Under the pieces are notes generated by a model, which saw only the letters and a program-made list of their open reading frames with translations, ran no database searches and had not been told where the DNA came from. A DNA stretch of 64,000 nt, taken from contig JAZSOS010000049.1 in assembly GCA_045537045.1 (NCBI GenBank), forward strand, positions 18,143-82,142, in the 5' to 3' direction. This document shows positions 45,299-55,857 of this stretch, in pieces. This DNA is from Eubacteriales bacterium. GTDB lineage: Bacteria > Bacillota > Clostridia > Oscillospirales > JAAYXM01. The position numbers were made by a program, and so were the translations under genes. Numbering within the stretch: position 1 is the first letter of the stretch; every line of letters starts with the position of its first letter.

Positions 45299-48200
45299 TT
45301 GCGTTTAAAAAGTCTTGAACTGCAGGGGTTTAAATCATTCCCGGACAAAACCGTCATATCTTTCGGCGACGGAATAACGGCTATCGTTGGACCTAACGGC
45401 AGCGGAAAGTCTAACATTTCCGACGCTGTGCGCTGGGTTCTGGGCGAGCAGTCCACCCGTACGCTTCGCGGAAGCAATATGCAGGACGTTATTTTTGCGG
45501 GAACGCAGAAGAGAAGCGCGGTCGGCTTTGCAGAGGTATCGCTGACCATTGACAACTCTGACGGCGTACTCCCGTGTGAGTATAACGAGGTTACCGTTAC
45601 CCGCCGCCTTTACCGCTCGGGCGAAAGTGAATATTACATCAACCGAAGCTCTGTCCGTTTGCGCGATATAAATGAGATGTTTATGGATACAGGTCTTGGG
45701 CGTGACGGTTATTCGATTATCGGTCAGGGGCGCATTGATGAAATTCTCTCTGCAAAGAGTGGAGATCGCCGCGAGATTTTTGAGGAAGCGTCGGGTATTT
45801 CAAAGTTCCGTCACCGCAAGGAGGAATCGGAACGCAAGCTTGCATCAACAGAAGAAAACCTTATCCGTCTGCGTGATATTCTCACCGAGATTGAAGCGCA
45901 GGTCGGTCCGCTGAAAGTACAGGCGGAAAAGGCAAAGGAATACATAAAAATATTTGATGAGCTGCGCGGTCTTGAGGTTACCGTATGGACGGAAAACCTT
46001 GCTCGTGCAAAGGAAAATGCTCAGAAATACATAAACGATTATGAGGTTGTGTGCGCACAGTTTAATTCATCAAAGGCTGCGCTTGAAAGCCTGTATGCAG
46101 AGGTTGAAACGCTTGCTGAGAAGATGCGCGAAAAGGATGTCGAGGCAGAAAACGCTCGTGAGCAGGAGCGTGAAGCCGAGCGGGAAATCCACGAAATGCA
46201 GAGTGCAATCGCAACGCTTGAGGCAACTGTTGCAAACAACATAAAGAATATCGAGCGTATCCGCGCGGAGATAAATGATGAAACAACCCGCGCAGAGGAC
46301 ATTGCCGCGCAGATAAAGGCGAGAAACGACAGGGTGGAGGAGCTTGAAGCATCTGCCCGTGAAATAGAAAAGAACATTGAAGAGCTACGCGAGGCAGCCG
46401 CCGCCGCGACAGGCAAGAGTGAGTCAACTGAGGCGCAGCTTGACGATTTGCGTCTGCGTGAGCGTATGTGCGAGGATGATATAAGCAAGCTTCGCATTGC
46501 TATGTCGGCATCTGAAGCCGAGCTTGCGGGATTTGATACACGCCGCGTCGATATTGAGGCAGAGCTTCAGACGCGTGAAGCCGAGCTTGCCGAGTCCAAA
46601 AAGAAATTTGCCGTTGTAAAGGAAGAATTTTCCGAGGCACAGGAAAAATGCTCAAGTGCGGAAAATATGTTAAACGGCTTTGAAATGAAATACAAATCCC
46701 GCGGAGAAAGGTTTGAGCGGCTGAAAGAGAACTGTGGCAAGCTGTCATTAAACCGCGAGTCGCTTGAAAACAAGCTTCGCATGCTCCGCGAAATGGAAAG
46801 AGATTTGCAGGGTTATTCCTATGCCGTAAAAAATATAATGAAGGCAAAGGATGCGGGAAGCCTGGGCGGAATATACGGAACGGTTTCCCAGCTTATCCGT
46901 GTTTCCGAGAAATACACGGTTGCAATTGAAACCATACTCGGCGGTGCTCTCCAGAACGTTATCGTGGGGGATGAACGCGATTCAAAAGAGGCGATTGCAT
47001 ATCTCAAACGCACCGACGGCGGGCGTGCAACCTTTATGCCGCTCGACACTGTAAAGGGGAATGAGCTTACACAGAAAGGTCTTTCCGAACAGGCGGGCTT
47101 TGTCGGGCTTGCATCACATCTTGTAGAGTACGATGAAAAATTCTCTCCCGCAATCCGATATCTTCTCGGAAAGATTGCTGTTTGCGACAACATAAACAGT
47201 GCATCCGCGCTTGCAAAAAAATACGGCTACAGCTTCCGTATAGTTACGCTTGACGGGCAGATAATAAATTCGGGCGGTACGTACACCGGCGGTAGTGTGA
47301 ACAAGACATCGGGAATACTTACCAGAACAAATGAAATTAAAAAGATAGATGCCGAGCTTTCCTCCCTTGCAGGAAAGATAGATGCAGCAAATGCCGAAAA
47401 GGCAGAGGCTGAGCGTGAATACAATGCGCTTACCTATGAAATGGAAGTCTGCCGCAACGATAAGCGCGCCTGCGAGGATATTCTTCTTAAGGCGGAAACG
47501 GAAATTGAGCATTATAAAACGCTTCACCGTCACCTCAACGAGCTTATCGACTCTCTTGGTGAAGAGCTTACGTCTCTTGCGGGAAAGAAAAGCCAGTCCG
47601 AGCGGATTATGCAGACCACGCGCGAGTGCATAGCCGAAAAGGAAGCGGAGCTTTCAAAGCTGCGTGAAGAGGAAGCGGCGCTTATTTCAGGAAATGCAGA
47701 GCTTGCAACCCGCAAAACGGAGCTTGCCGAGAAAATGTCTGAGCGCTCCGCGACGCTTGCAGCTATTCGCGCTGAGGCTGCGGAAGCTGTGCGTGCACGC
47801 GAGGAAATTGAGAAGCTTTCCGATGCTCTTGCAGGTGACCGTGAGGTAAAAGAGCAGAGTATTCGAAAGATTGAGTCAGAAAACGAAGCTCTCGCGAAAG
47901 ACATTGCGGAGAAGAAGCTTGATGCAGAAGACAGGCGCCAAAATAAAGATAATATTAAAAAGAGAATATCAGGTATTGTAGAGGCCCGTCTTTCCCTTGA
48001 GGCTGAGCGTAACCGCAAGGACAAGGAAAGCAAAGAAAAGAACAACGAGATACTGGGACTTGAAAAAGAGCGTTCCCGCCTTGAAATGAAGAAAGAGTCT
48101 GCCACCCGTGAGGAACAGCAGATTACCGAAAAGCTCTGGGATTCTTATGAGCTTACGATGGGGACTGCAGATAAATATATTGTTGAGATTCCGTCTATCC

Positions 48201-48874
48201 CTGAGGCGACAAAGCGGATATCCGAGCTTAAGAGCGCGGTGAGAAAGCTGGGCGATGTAAACGTCAATGCCATTGAAGAATACGACAAGGTATCCGTGCG
48301 CTATGAGTTTATGACAAAACAGTGCGGTGACCTTGAAAAAGCAAAGACAGAGCTTGAGCGGATGATTGCCGAAATAACCGAAGAAATGCAGACGATTTTC
48401 GCTGAGCAGTTCAAGGTTATCAACAAAAACTTCGGAGAAACCTTCTCCGAAATATTCGGCGGCGGTATGGCAGAGCTTGTGCTTGAAGATGAGGGTGATA
48501 TCCTAAACTGCGGTATTGAAATCCGCGTCCAGCCGCCCGGAAAGACGCTCAAAACGATAACGCTTCTTTCCGGCGGTGAACGTGCGCTCGTTGCCATTGC
48601 GCTTTACTTTGCAATTATGAAGATACGTCCGACGCCGTTCTGCGTGCTCGACGAAATCGAAGCCGCGCTTGATGATGTCAACGTTGCAAGATACGCTGAG
48701 TATTTGCGCCGTCTTGCCGCAACAACTCAGTTTATTGTTATCACGCACCGTCGCGGAACGATGGAAGAGGCAGACACGCTTTACGGTGTAACCATGCAGG
48801 AAAAAGGCGTTTCCAAGATGCTTGCAATAAGCATCTCCGAGGTTGAGCGCTCAATCGGCGTAAAGCTTACTTAA
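45299..48874 (+). CDS. smc: Chromosome segregation protein SMC
   Basis: LRLKSLELQGFKSF...GPNGSGKSN Walker A, long coiled coils, hinge, LSGGE signature and Walker B CVLDEIEAALD. The TTG at 45299 lies 8 nt after an AAGGGAGG SD. The track starts at 45263. Confidence 0.95.
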   Translation: MRLKSLELQGFKSFPDKTVISFGDGITAIVGPNGSGKSNISDAVRWVLGEQSTRTLRGSNMQDVIFAGTQKRSAVGFAEVSLTIDNSDGVLPCEYNEVTVTRRLYRSGESEYYINRSSVRLRDINEMFMDTGLGRDGYSIIGQGRIDEILSAKSGDRREIFEEASGISKFRHRKEESERKLASTEENLIRLRDILTEIEAQVGPLKVQAEKAKEYIKIFDELRGLEVTVWTENLARAKENAQKYINDYEVVCAQFNSSKAALESLYAEVETLAEKMREKDVEAENAREQEREAEREIHEMQSAIATLEATVANNIKNIERIRAEINDETTRAEDIAAQIKARNDRVEELEASAREIEKNIEELREAAAAATGKSESTEAQLDDLRLRERMCEDDISKLRIAMSASEAELAGFDTRRVDIEAELQTREAELAESKKKFAVVKEEFSEAQEKCSSAENMLNGFEMKYKSRGERFERLKENCGKLSLNRESLENKLRMLREMERDLQGYSYAVKNIMKAKDAGSLGGIYGTVSQLIRVSEKYTVAIETILGGALQNVIVGDERDSKEAIAYLKRTDGGRATFMPLDTVKGNELTQKGLSEQAGFVGLASHLVEYDEKFSPAIRYLLGKIAVCDNINSASALAKKYGYSFRIVTLDGQIINSGGTYTGGSVNKTSGILTRTNEIKKIDAELSSLAGKIDAANAEKAEAEREYNALTYEMEVCRNDKRACEDILLKAETEIEHYKTLHRHLNELIDSLGEELTSLAGKKSQSERIMQTTRECIAEKEAELSKLREEEAALISGNAELATRKTELAEKMSERSATLAAIRAEAAEAVRAREEIEKLSDALAGDREVKEQSIRKIESENEALAKDIAEKKLDAEDRRQNKDNIKKRISGIVEARLSLEAERNRKDKESKEKNNEILGLEKERSRLEMKKESATREEQQITEKLWDSYELTMGTADKYIVEIPSIPEATKRISELKSAVRKLGDVNVNAIEEYDKVSVRYEFMTKQCGDLEKAKTELERMIAEITEEMQTIFAEQFKVINKNFGETFSEIFGGGMAELVLEDEGDILNCGIEIRVQPPGKTLKTITLLSGGERALVAIALYFAIMKIRPTPFCVLDEIEAALDDVNVARYAEYLRRLAATTQFIVITHRRGTMEEADTLYGVTMQEKGVSKMLAISISEVERSIGVKLT

Positions 48875-48891
48875 GCCGCGGAGAGGCGAAC

Positions 48892-48924
48892 GGCTTGAGG
48901 GGTTCGGCTCCCCTCAGCTTAAAG
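48892..48924 (+). repeat. Intergenic repeat with a tRNA T-arm-like hairpin, copy A
   Basis: GGCTTGAGGGGTTCGGCTCCCCTCAGCTTAAAG. It differs at 3 positions from the copy at 52636..52669. Confidence 0.7.
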
Positions 48925-48946
48925 AAATTTTAAAGAGGTTTTTTAA

Positions 48947-49858
48947 ATGGGACTATTCGATAAAATAAAACAGGGGCTTGCGAAAACCCGCGCGGCAGTT
49001 GGAAATCAGCTTGCGAGTATTGTGCGCAGCTTTTCATCCGACCGCGAGGAAATGCTTGAAGAGCTGGAAGAAACGCTCATCATGGCAGACCTGGGTGTTG
49101 CAACTGCGATGAAGGTTACGGATGCTCTGCGTGAAAGCGTCAAGGAGAAAAAGCTTCATGATGCAGATGAAATACTTGCGGAAATTAAGTCAATTCTTCT
49201 TGATATCCTCATTGCAAACGCAAAAGAAAATGCAGGATCAAAACAGAAAGCTATTCTTATCGTAGGTGTAAATGGTGTCGGAAAAACCACAACGATAGGA
49301 AAGCTTGCGTCAAGATATATTGCAGAGGGAAAGCGCGTTGTTCTTGCGGCGGGAGATACGTTCCGTGCCGCGGCGGGAGAACAGCTTGATATCTGGGCAA
49401 AACGCTCGGGGGCGGATATCATCCGCCATGCCGAGGGTGCAGACCCCGCGGCTGTCGTTTTTGACGCGGCAAATGCCGCACGCGCAAGAGGGGCGGATGT
49501 GCTTATCTGTGATACGGCAGGGCGCTTGCACAATAACCAGAACCTTATGAACGAGCTTGCGAAAATCCGACGTGTGCTTGAGCGCGAGCTTCCCGATGCG
49601 GAGATTGAATCATACCTCGTGCTTGATGCAACAACAGGGCAGAACGCGCTTATTCAGGCAAAAAAGTTTAATGAGGTTGCAAATCTCTCGGGAATAATCC
49701 TTACAAAGCTTGATGGCACGGCAAAGGGCGGTATCGTTATCTCCATTGCCGATGAAATGAGCCTGCCGATAAAATATATCGGCGTTGGCGAGCAGATTGA
49801 CGACCTTACCGAGTTTGATGCAGAAGGCTTTGTTGATGCACTTTTTGAGGTGGTATAA
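48947..49858 (+). CDS. ftsY: Signal recognition particle receptor FtsY
   Basis: GVNGVGKTTTIGKL, DTFRAAA, DTAGR and TKLDGTAKGG motifs. Confidence 0.95.
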   Translation: MGLFDKIKQGLAKTRAAVGNQLASIVRSFSSDREEMLEELEETLIMADLGVATAMKVTDALRESVKEKKLHDADEILAEIKSILLDILIANAKENAGSKQKAILIVGVNGVGKTTTIGKLASRYIAEGKRVVLAAGDTFRAAAGEQLDIWAKRSGADIIRHAEGADPAAVVFDAANAARARGADVLICDTAGRLHNNQNLMNELAKIRRVLERELPDAEIESYLVLDATTGQNALIQAKKFNEVANLSGIILTKLDGTAKGGIVISIADEMSLPIKYIGVGEQIDDLTEFDAEGFVDALFEVV

Positions 49859-50452
49859 ATGGAGTTTATAATCGCTACGAATAACAAAAAGAAATTGCGT
49901 GAAATGGGCGCAATTCTTGAAAAGCTCGGCGTACGTGCGCTGTCTCTTGCCGAGGCGGGAATAGAATCCGATGCCGAGGAAACGGGGACGACATTTGAGG
50001 AAAATTCGCGCATAAAGGCGCTTGCCGCGATGAGGGTTGCAAATCTTCCTGCAATAGCTGACGATTCCGGTCTTGAGGTTGATGCGCTTGGTGGCGAGCC
50101 GGGTGTGTATTCCGCACGCTACGGCGGGGATAAGTGCCGCGATGATGTAGAGCGTTATGAGTATCTTCTTGAAAATATGAAGGATGTTCCGGACGGAAAG
50201 CGTCAGGCTCGCTTTGTTTCCGTTATAACTTGTGTATTCCCCGACGGGCGTGAAATTTCTGCCCGCGGCGAGATTGAGGGTGAGATACTTCGCGCGCCAC
50301 ACGGCGAGGGCGGATTCGGCTACGACCCTGTGTTCTTCGTTCCCGATGAGGGCATGACCACTGCGGAAATGACGCAGGAAAGAAAAAACGAGATATCCCA
50401 CCGAGCAAAATCTCTGCGTATTATGGCACAAAAGTTAGAGGAAATTCTGTAA
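49859..50452 (+). CDS. rdgB: Non-canonical purine NTP pyrophosphatase (RdgB/HAM1 family)
   Basis: IATNNKKKLREM, DDSGLEVDALGGEPGVYSARY and FGYDPVF motifs. Confidence 0.9.
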   Translation: MEFIIATNNKKKLREMGAILEKLGVRALSLAEAGIESDAEETGTTFEENSRIKALAAMRVANLPAIADDSGLEVDALGGEPGVYSARYGGDKCRDDVERYEYLLENMKDVPDGKRQARFVSVITCVFPDGREISARGEIEGEILRAPHGEGGFGYDPVFFVPDEGMTTAEMTQERKNEISHRAKSLRIMAQKLEEIL

Positions 50453-51070
50453 ATGCGAACGGGACTTATGGGCGGCACGTTCAATCCGCCGCATATGGGG
50501 CATATAAACGCCGCACGCGCAGCAAAAGATGAGCTGTCTCTTGACCGGATTATCTTTATTCCTACGGGAACTCCGCCGCATAAGCAGATAGCAGAGCACT
50601 CTGCGACTACGGAACAACGCCTTGAAATGACTTATCTTGCGGCAAAGACTCTCGGCGCGGAGGTAAGCGATATCGAGATAAAGCGCGAAGGAAAAAGCTT
50701 TACGGTGTATACCTTGCGCGAGCTTCACAAAAAATATCCGGAGGATGAGCTGTGGCTTATTATGGGAACGGATATGTTTTTAAGCCTTGAAACATGGTTT
50801 TGTTTTGAAGAGATTTTTTCTCTTGCCTCTGTTGCGGCAGTTGCACGCGAAAATGATGATAAGGAAAAGCTTCTTGCATATTCAGAGTATTTGAAGGAAA
50901 AATACGGTGCGAAAACGCGTGTGTTGGAGGTAGCGGCGCTTACCGTATCGTCAACAGAGCTTCGTCCGGGAAAAAATCGCAAAGAGCTTCAGAAATTCTT
51001 ACCGCCGGAAGTTTATGATTATATAATCCGAAAAAATCTTTACGGAATTTCGGGGTGTGATAAAATTTGA
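50453..51070 (+). CDS. nadD: Nicotinate-nucleotide adenylyltransferase
   Basis: GGTFNPPHMGH motif and the ISSTxxR-like VSSTELR. Confidence 0.9.
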   Translation: MRTGLMGGTFNPPHMGHINAARAAKDELSLDRIIFIPTGTPPHKQIAEHSATTEQRLEMTYLAAKTLGAEVSDIEIKREGKSFTVYTLRELHKKYPEDELWLIMGTDMFLSLETWFCFEEIFSLASVAAVARENDDKEKLLAYSEYLKEKYGAKTRVLEVAALTVSSTELRPGKNRKELQKFLPPEVYDYIIRKNLYGISGCDKI

Positions 51071-51627
51071 CAGAAAAAGAGATAGAACAGCGTGTAAAAT
51101 CAGTAATGAGTGAAAAGAGATACCGTCACACGCTCGGCTGTGTTGATATGGCAGAGCGCCTTGCTGAAAAGTGGGGAGCGGATACCTCTCTCGCACGTCG
51201 GGCGGCACTTTTGCACGATATAGCAAAGGAAATGCCTTATGACAAGCAGCTTTCTCTGGTTGATGAACATGGTATTATATTAAACCGCGTTCAGCGTTCG
51301 GAAAAGATTATCCATGCTTTTTCAGGTGCAATCATCGCGTGGCGTGAGTTTGACGAGCCGGAGGAGGTATGCGGCGCAATCCGTTGGCATACCACGGCAA
51401 AGAGCGGGATGACGCTTCTTGAAAAAATAATATGGCTTGCAGACCTGACCGAAGAGGGAAGAAGCTTTGACGGCGTTTGTGAAATACGCAAACTCGCGTT
51501 TGAGGATTTGTCCCGTGCTCTTATTTCGGGGTTTGATACAACACTGCGCGTGCTTATTTCGCGCGGCTGTGAGATTGATTCAAATATGGTAAAGGCGCGT
51601 AATTTTGAAATTGCCGCCAACAGTTGA
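51067..51627 (+). CDS. yqeK: HD-domain protein YqeK (bis(5'-nucleosyl)-tetraphosphatase family)
   Basis: RYRHTLGC...LLHDIAKE HD motif, in the conserved position after nadD. TTG start overlapping the nadD stop. Confidence 0.8.
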   Translation: MTEKEIEQRVKSVMSEKRYRHTLGCVDMAERLAEKWGADTSLARRAALLHDIAKEMPYDKQLSLVDEHGIILNRVQRSEKIIHAFSGAIIAWREFDEPEEVCGAIRWHTTAKSGMTLLEKIIWLADLTEEGRSFDGVCEIRKLAFEDLSRALISGFDTTLRVLISRGCEIDSNMVKARNFEIAANS

Positions 51628-51646
51628 AAGGACTGTTTCACAAAAG

Positions 51647-52618
51647 ATGAAAAAAATGAGACTCAGCAACAAGGCTAAATATACAATATCGGCAATTCTG
51701 GTCATCGCGGCGGCAATTATGGTTGCGGCGGCACTGGTGATAGATAACATCCGCCCACCGGCGGCAGAGCCGGTCAGCACTTCCTCCCGTGGAAGTGTTA
51801 TCCGCGATGAAAAGATATCTATGATAGACCGCGAGCACAGAGAGGGTACATTTACGATGCTTGTCGTAGGAACCGATGCGGCAAGTATGAGCACAGACAC
51901 CATTATGCTTGCAAGCTTTGATACGGTCGAAAAGAAAATGAACATTTTAAGCATCCCGCGTGACACTATTATAAACGCGAGACGCGCCACAAAGAAGATA
52001 AACGCGGCTTACGCGATGTCAAAGGGCGATATCTACACGCTGTTTGACGAGGTGCAGAGCGTTACCGGCATACGTCCGGATAAATATGTGCTTGTTACAG
52101 TGGATGCGTTTGTGTATGTTATTGATGCAATCGGCGGCGTCACGGTTGATGTTCCAATTGATATGCATTATAAAGACCCGACGCAGGACCTTGTTATAGA
52201 TATAGATAAAGGTCTGCAGACTCTTGACGGCTACGACGCAATGGGTTTTATGCGCTACCGTGCAACGTATGCCGACGGAGACCTTGGAAGAATCAAGGTT
52301 CAGCATACCTTTGTTGAAGCTGTTATAAAGAAAATGCTCACTCCAGCAACGTTTGCCAAGATTCCGGAGCTTTCCGGCATAATAATAGACAATCTCGAAA
52401 CCGACTTAACCCTCGGCAACGGCATTTGGCTCGGCAAGCAGATGCTTACGATGAATCTTGAAGAGGATGTAGAGATGCACACGCTTCCGGGGTACGCAAA
52501 TTACTACGAAGGACTTTCGTACTACTTCCCCAAGGAAGACGAAGCGCTTGCGCTTATCAACGAATATTATAATCCGTACACAACGCCGATTGAAGAACTC
52601 AATCTGTTTAAAGTATAA
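51647..52618 (+). CDS. LytR-CpsA-Psr (LCP) family cell-envelope phosphotransferase
   Basis: N-terminal TM anchor, then ...NILSIPRDT...KINAAYA... LCP core. The start is 51647 or 51656. The track starts at 51605. Confidence 0.8.
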   Translation: MKKMRLSNKAKYTISAILVIAAAIMVAAALVIDNIRPPAAEPVSTSSRGSVIRDEKISMIDREHREGTFTMLVVGTDAASMSTDTIMLASFDTVEKKMNILSIPRDTIINARRATKKINAAYAMSKGDIYTLFDEVQSVTGIRPDKYVLVTVDAFVYVIDAIGGVTVDVPIDMHYKDPTQDLVIDIDKGLQTLDGYDAMGFMRYRATYADGDLGRIKVQHTFVEAVIKKMLTPATFAKIPELSGIIIDNLETDLTLGNGIWLGKQMLTMNLEEDVEMHTLPGYANYYEGLSYYFPKEDEALALINEYYNPYTTPIEELNLFKV

Positions 52619-52635
52619 AAATTTAACAAGTTTAA

Positions 52636-52669
52636 GGCTTGAGGGGTTCGACTCTCCTCGGCTTAAAAG
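52636..52669 (+). repeat. Intergenic repeat with a tRNA T-arm-like hairpin, copy B
   Basis: GGCTTGAGGGGTTCGACTCTCCTCGGCTTAAAAG. The TTCGACT loop matches the tRNA T-loop pattern. Confidence 0.7.
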
Positions 52670-52683
52670 GGAGGGAAGAAATA

Positions 52684-53037
52684 ATGAATATAAAGGAACA
52701 GGTAAAATGCGCGGTTAGGGCACTTGATACAAAGCTTGCGCTGGACATAAACGTTTTAAAGATTGAAGAAATCACAACCTTGTCCGAGTATTTTATAATC
52801 TGCACCGGTAATTCAAACACACACGTGCGCACGCTCAAGGAAGCCGTTGAGCAGAAGTTTGACGAGGCGGAAATTGCACCGCACCATATTGAAGGTCACG
52901 GCGGTTCGTGGGTTCTTATGGACTACGGCAGCATAATAATCCACATTTTCACAGACGAAGGAAGAAGATTTTATCAGCTTGACAAGGTATGGGCAGATGC
53001 AACTGCCTTATCCGTTGAAGAAATGTTAAGTGAGTAA
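52684..53037 (+). CDS. rsfS: Ribosome silencing factor RsfS (iojap)
   Basis: ...[16 protein letters not shown]... and ...[14 protein letters not shown]... motifs. The ATG at 52684 follows a GGGAGGGAAG SD. Confidence 0.9.
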   Translation: MNIKEQVKCAVRALDTKLALDINVLKIEEITTLSEYFIICTGNSNTHVRTLKEAVEQKFDEAEIAPHHIEGHGGSWVLMDYGSIIIHIFTDEGRRFYQLDKVWADATALSVEEMLSE

Positions 53038-53050
53038 AGGGGTTTTACAA

Positions 53051-55453
53051 ATGAAGTATGATTTTAGTGCAATTGAAAAAAAGTGGCAGAAGCGCTGGGA
53101 AGACGAAAAGGCATTCCACGCTGAAAATGGCGGCGACAAGAAAAAGTTTTATGCACTTGTCGAGTTCCCGTACCCGTCGGGTAACGGTCTGCATGTAGGT
53201 CACGCGCGTCCATATACTGCGCTTGATGTTATTTCCAGAAAGCGCCGTATGGACGGCTATAACGTTCTTTTCCCGATGGGATGGGATGCATTCGGACTTC
53301 CTACGGAAAACTATGCAATACAGCATAAAATTCATCCGGCAGAAGTAACAAAGAAGAATGTTGCATTCTTCAAATCACAGCTTACATCCCTCGGTTATTC
53401 CATCGACTGGGACAGAGAGATAAACACCACAGACCCAAACTATTTTAAGTGGACACAGTGGATTTTCTTAAAGCTTTTTGAAAAGGGACTTGCATATAAG
53501 ATGCAGATGCCCGTAAACTGGTGCACATCCTGTAAGTGCGTGCTTGCAAACGAAGAGGTTGTAAACGGCGGCTGTGAGCGTTGCGGAAGCGAAGTTGTCC
53601 GCAAGGAAAAGAGCCAGTGGATGCTCAAGATTACCGAATATGCAGAGCGCCTTATCAACGACCTTGACGATGTTGATTTTATCGAGCGCGTAAAAATCCA
53701 GCAGAAGAACTGGATTGGCAAGTCTACCGGTGCAGAGGTTAAGTTTGCAACAACCGCAAACGATACGCTTACCGTATATACCACACGTCCGGACACACTT
53801 TTCGGTGCTACATATATGGTTATCTCTCCGGAGCATCCGTATGTTGAAAAGTGGAAGGATATCATAAAGAACTATGATGAAGTTCGCGCATATGCAGAGC
53901 TTTCCGCAAAGAAGTCAGACTTTGAGCGAACAGAGCTTGCAAAGGATAAAACCGGCGCGAAAATCGAGGGAGTTTCGGCAATCAATCCCGTAAATGGCAA
54001 GGAGATTCCGATTTTCATTTCCGACTATGTTCTCATGTCCTACGGCACAGGTGCAATTATGGCAGTTCCGGCACACGACACGCGTGACTGGGATTTTGCA
54101 AAGAAGTTTGACCTCCCGATTATCGAGGTTGTAGCCGGCGGCGATGTTCAAAATGAAGCATTTACCGATGTCGAAACAGGCAAGATGGTAAACTCCGGCT
54201 TCCTTGACGGTCTTGAAGTCAGCGAGGCAAAGAAAAAGATTATCGAGTTTCTTGAAAAAGAAGGGCTCGGCACACCGAAAACAAACTACAAGCTCCGCGA
54301 CTGGGTTTTCTCACGTCAGAGATACTGGGGCGAGCCGATTCCGCTTGTATATTGCGAAAAGTGCGGATGGGTTCCCGTTCCGGAAAGCGAGCTTCCGCTT
54401 CGCCTTCCCGAGGTTGAGTCCTACGAGCCGACGGATAACGGCGAAAGCCCCATTGCAAACATCACCGATTGGGTGAACACCACCTGCCCGCATTGCGGCG
54501 CACCGGCAAAGCGCGAGACTGACACCATGCCTCAGTGGGCAGGCTCCAGCTGGTATTTCCTCCGCTATATGGATCCGCATTGCGATACCGCACTTGCATC
54601 GAAAGAGGCTCTTGATTACTGGGCACCGGTTGACTGGTACAACGGCGGTATGGAGCATACCACGCTTCACCTTCTCTATTCACGCTTCTGGCATAAGTTC
54701 CTCTACGATATCGGCGTTGTTCCGACGAAGGAGCCGTATGCAAAGCGTACAAGCCACGGTATGATTCTCGGCGAAAACGGCGAGAAGATGTCAAAATCCC
54801 GTGGAAATGTTATAAACCCGAACGATATCATCAATCAGTTCGGTGCAGATACAATGCGCCTTTACATTATGTATATCGGCGACTTTGAAAAGGTTGCATC
54901 ATGGGACAGCCAGGCAGTCAAGGGCTGTAAGCGCTTCCTTGACCGTATCTGGAATCTTGCCGAGAATGCAGATGCGTCTGACGAGATTACCGCAAAGAAC
55001 GAGGCGGCAATTCATAAGACGATAAAGAAGGTCGGCGACGATATCGAAAACATGAAGTTCAACACCGCGATTGCCGCTATGATGGCGCTTATCAACGACT
55101 TCAGCTCAAATGGCACAACCCGCGGTGAGATGAAGATTCTTCTTAAGCTTCTCTCTCCGTTTGCTCCGCATATGGCAGAGGAACTCTGGGAAAGCTACGG
55201 CGAGAAGACAATGCTTGCAAAAGAAACATGGCCTCTGTATGACGAGAGCAAGACCCGCGCATCTGAGGTTGAGATTGCAGTTCAGGTATGCGGAAAGATA
55301 AAGAGCCGTATAACCGTTCCGGCAGACCTTTCGGATGATGAAGTTATAAAGCTTGCATCTGCAGAGCCGAAGGTAGCGGAAGCGCTTGCAAACGGTAATC
55401 TCGTTAAGAGTATTGTCGTAAAAAACAGACTTGTCAACCTCATCATAAAATAA
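53051..55453 (+). CDS. leuS: Leucine--tRNA ligase
   Basis: [13 protein letters not shown] (HIGH) and KMSKS motifs, plus the CP1 editing domain. The ATG at 53051 gives [16 protein letters not shown]. Confidence 0.95.
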   Translation: MKYDFSAIEKKWQKRWEDEKAFHAENGGDKKKFYALVEFPYPSGNGLHVGHARPYTALDVISRKRRMDGYNVLFPMGWDAFGLPTENYAIQHKIHPAEVTKKNVAFFKSQLTSLGYSIDWDREINTTDPNYFKWTQWIFLKLFEKGLAYKMQMPVNWCTSCKCVLANEEVVNGGCERCGSEVVRKEKSQWMLKITEYAERLINDLDDVDFIERVKIQQKNWIGKSTGAEVKFATTANDTLTVYTTRPDTLFGATYMVISPEHPYVEKWKDIIKNYDEVRAYAELSAKKSDFERTELAKDKTGAKIEGVSAINPVNGKEIPIFISDYVLMSYGTGAIMAVPAHDTRDWDFAKKFDLPIIEVVAGGDVQNEAFTDVETGKMVNSGFLDGLEVSEAKKKIIEFLEKEGLGTPKTNYKLRDWVFSRQRYWGEPIPLVYCEKCGWVPVPESELPLRLPEVESYEPTDNGESPIANITDWVNTTCPHCGAPAKRETDTMPQWAGSSWYFLRYMDPHCDTALASKEALDYWAPVDWYNGGMEHTTLHLLYSRFWHKFLYDIGVVPTKEPYAKRTSHGMILGENGEKMSKSRGNVINPNDIINQFGADTMRLYIMYIGDFEKVASWDSQAVKGCKRFLDRIWNLAENADASDEITAKNEAAIHKTIKKVGDDIENMKFNTAIAAMMALINDFSSNGTTRGEMKILLKLLSPFAPHMAEELWESYGEKTMLAKETWPLYDESKTRASEVEIAVQVCGKIKSRITVPADLSDDEVIKLASAEPKVAEALANGNLVKSIVVKNRLVNLIIK

Positions 55454-55489
55454 ATTTTCAAATTCACGAATAATTTAAAATTATTATTG

Positions 55490-55518
55490 TTGACATAAAG
55501 CAACTTTTCTATTATAAT
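55490..55518 (+). promoter_or_regulatory. Consensus promoter for rpsU (TTGACA-17-TATAAT)
   Basis: TTGACA at 55490..55495, a 17-nt spacer and TATAAT at 55513..55518. Confidence 0.7.
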
Positions 55519-55568
55519 AGTAATGTTAATATTTATTTTTGGTTCTGATCGCGGAGGGAGGGATAACA

Positions 55569-55748
55569 ATGTCAGAAATCCGTTTAAAGGAAAATGAGTC
55601 TTTGGAGAGCGCTCTCAAAAGATTCAAGCGTTCCTGCGCAAAGTCAGGCGTTCTCTCCGAGCTGCGTAAGCGAGAGCATTATGAAAGCCCGAGCGTAAAG
55701 CGCCGTAAGAAGAGCGAAGCCGCACGCGCAAAGAAAAAGAGATATTAA
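55569..55748 (+). CDS. rpsU: 30S ribosomal protein S21
   Basis: [48 protein letters not shown]... The ATG at 55569 follows a GGAGGGAGG SD. Confidence 0.95.
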   Translation: MSEIRLKENESLESALKRFKRSCAKSGVLSELRKREHYESPSVKRRKKSEAARAKKKRY

Positions 55749-55752
55749 AAAG

Positions 55753-55786
55753 AAAATCGCAAGGCAAATCTGCCTTGCGATTTTTG
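55753..55786 (+). terminator. rpsU intrinsic terminator
   Basis: AAAATCGCAAGGCA-AATC-TGCCTTGCGATTTT followed by T residues. Confidence 0.8.
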
Positions 55787-55810
55787 TAATATAAAAAACG
55801 GGTAATGAAA

Positions 55811-55841
55811 ATGAGCTGTGACGAATCTCGCCACAGCTCAT
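55811..55841 (-). terminator. Hairpin downstream of the ferredoxin gene
   Basis: ATGAGCTGTG-11 nt-CACAGCTCAT with an A-rich left flank. Confidence 0.55.
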
Positions 55842-55857
55842 TGAAATCTTCGGGGGA

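Noticed and set aside
48892-48924. tRNA gene at the T-arm-like repeats (also 52636..52669)
   Set aside because: Only a T-arm-like hairpin and a short acceptor-like pairing are present. There is no D arm or anticodon arm, and the total length is about 35-52 nt. No complete tRNA, rRNA or tmRNA was recognised anywhere in the window.
53038-53050. T-box leader upstream of leuS
   Set aside because: Only 13 nt separate the rsfS stop from the leuS start. There is no room for a T-box, so leuS appears co-transcribed with the upstream genes.
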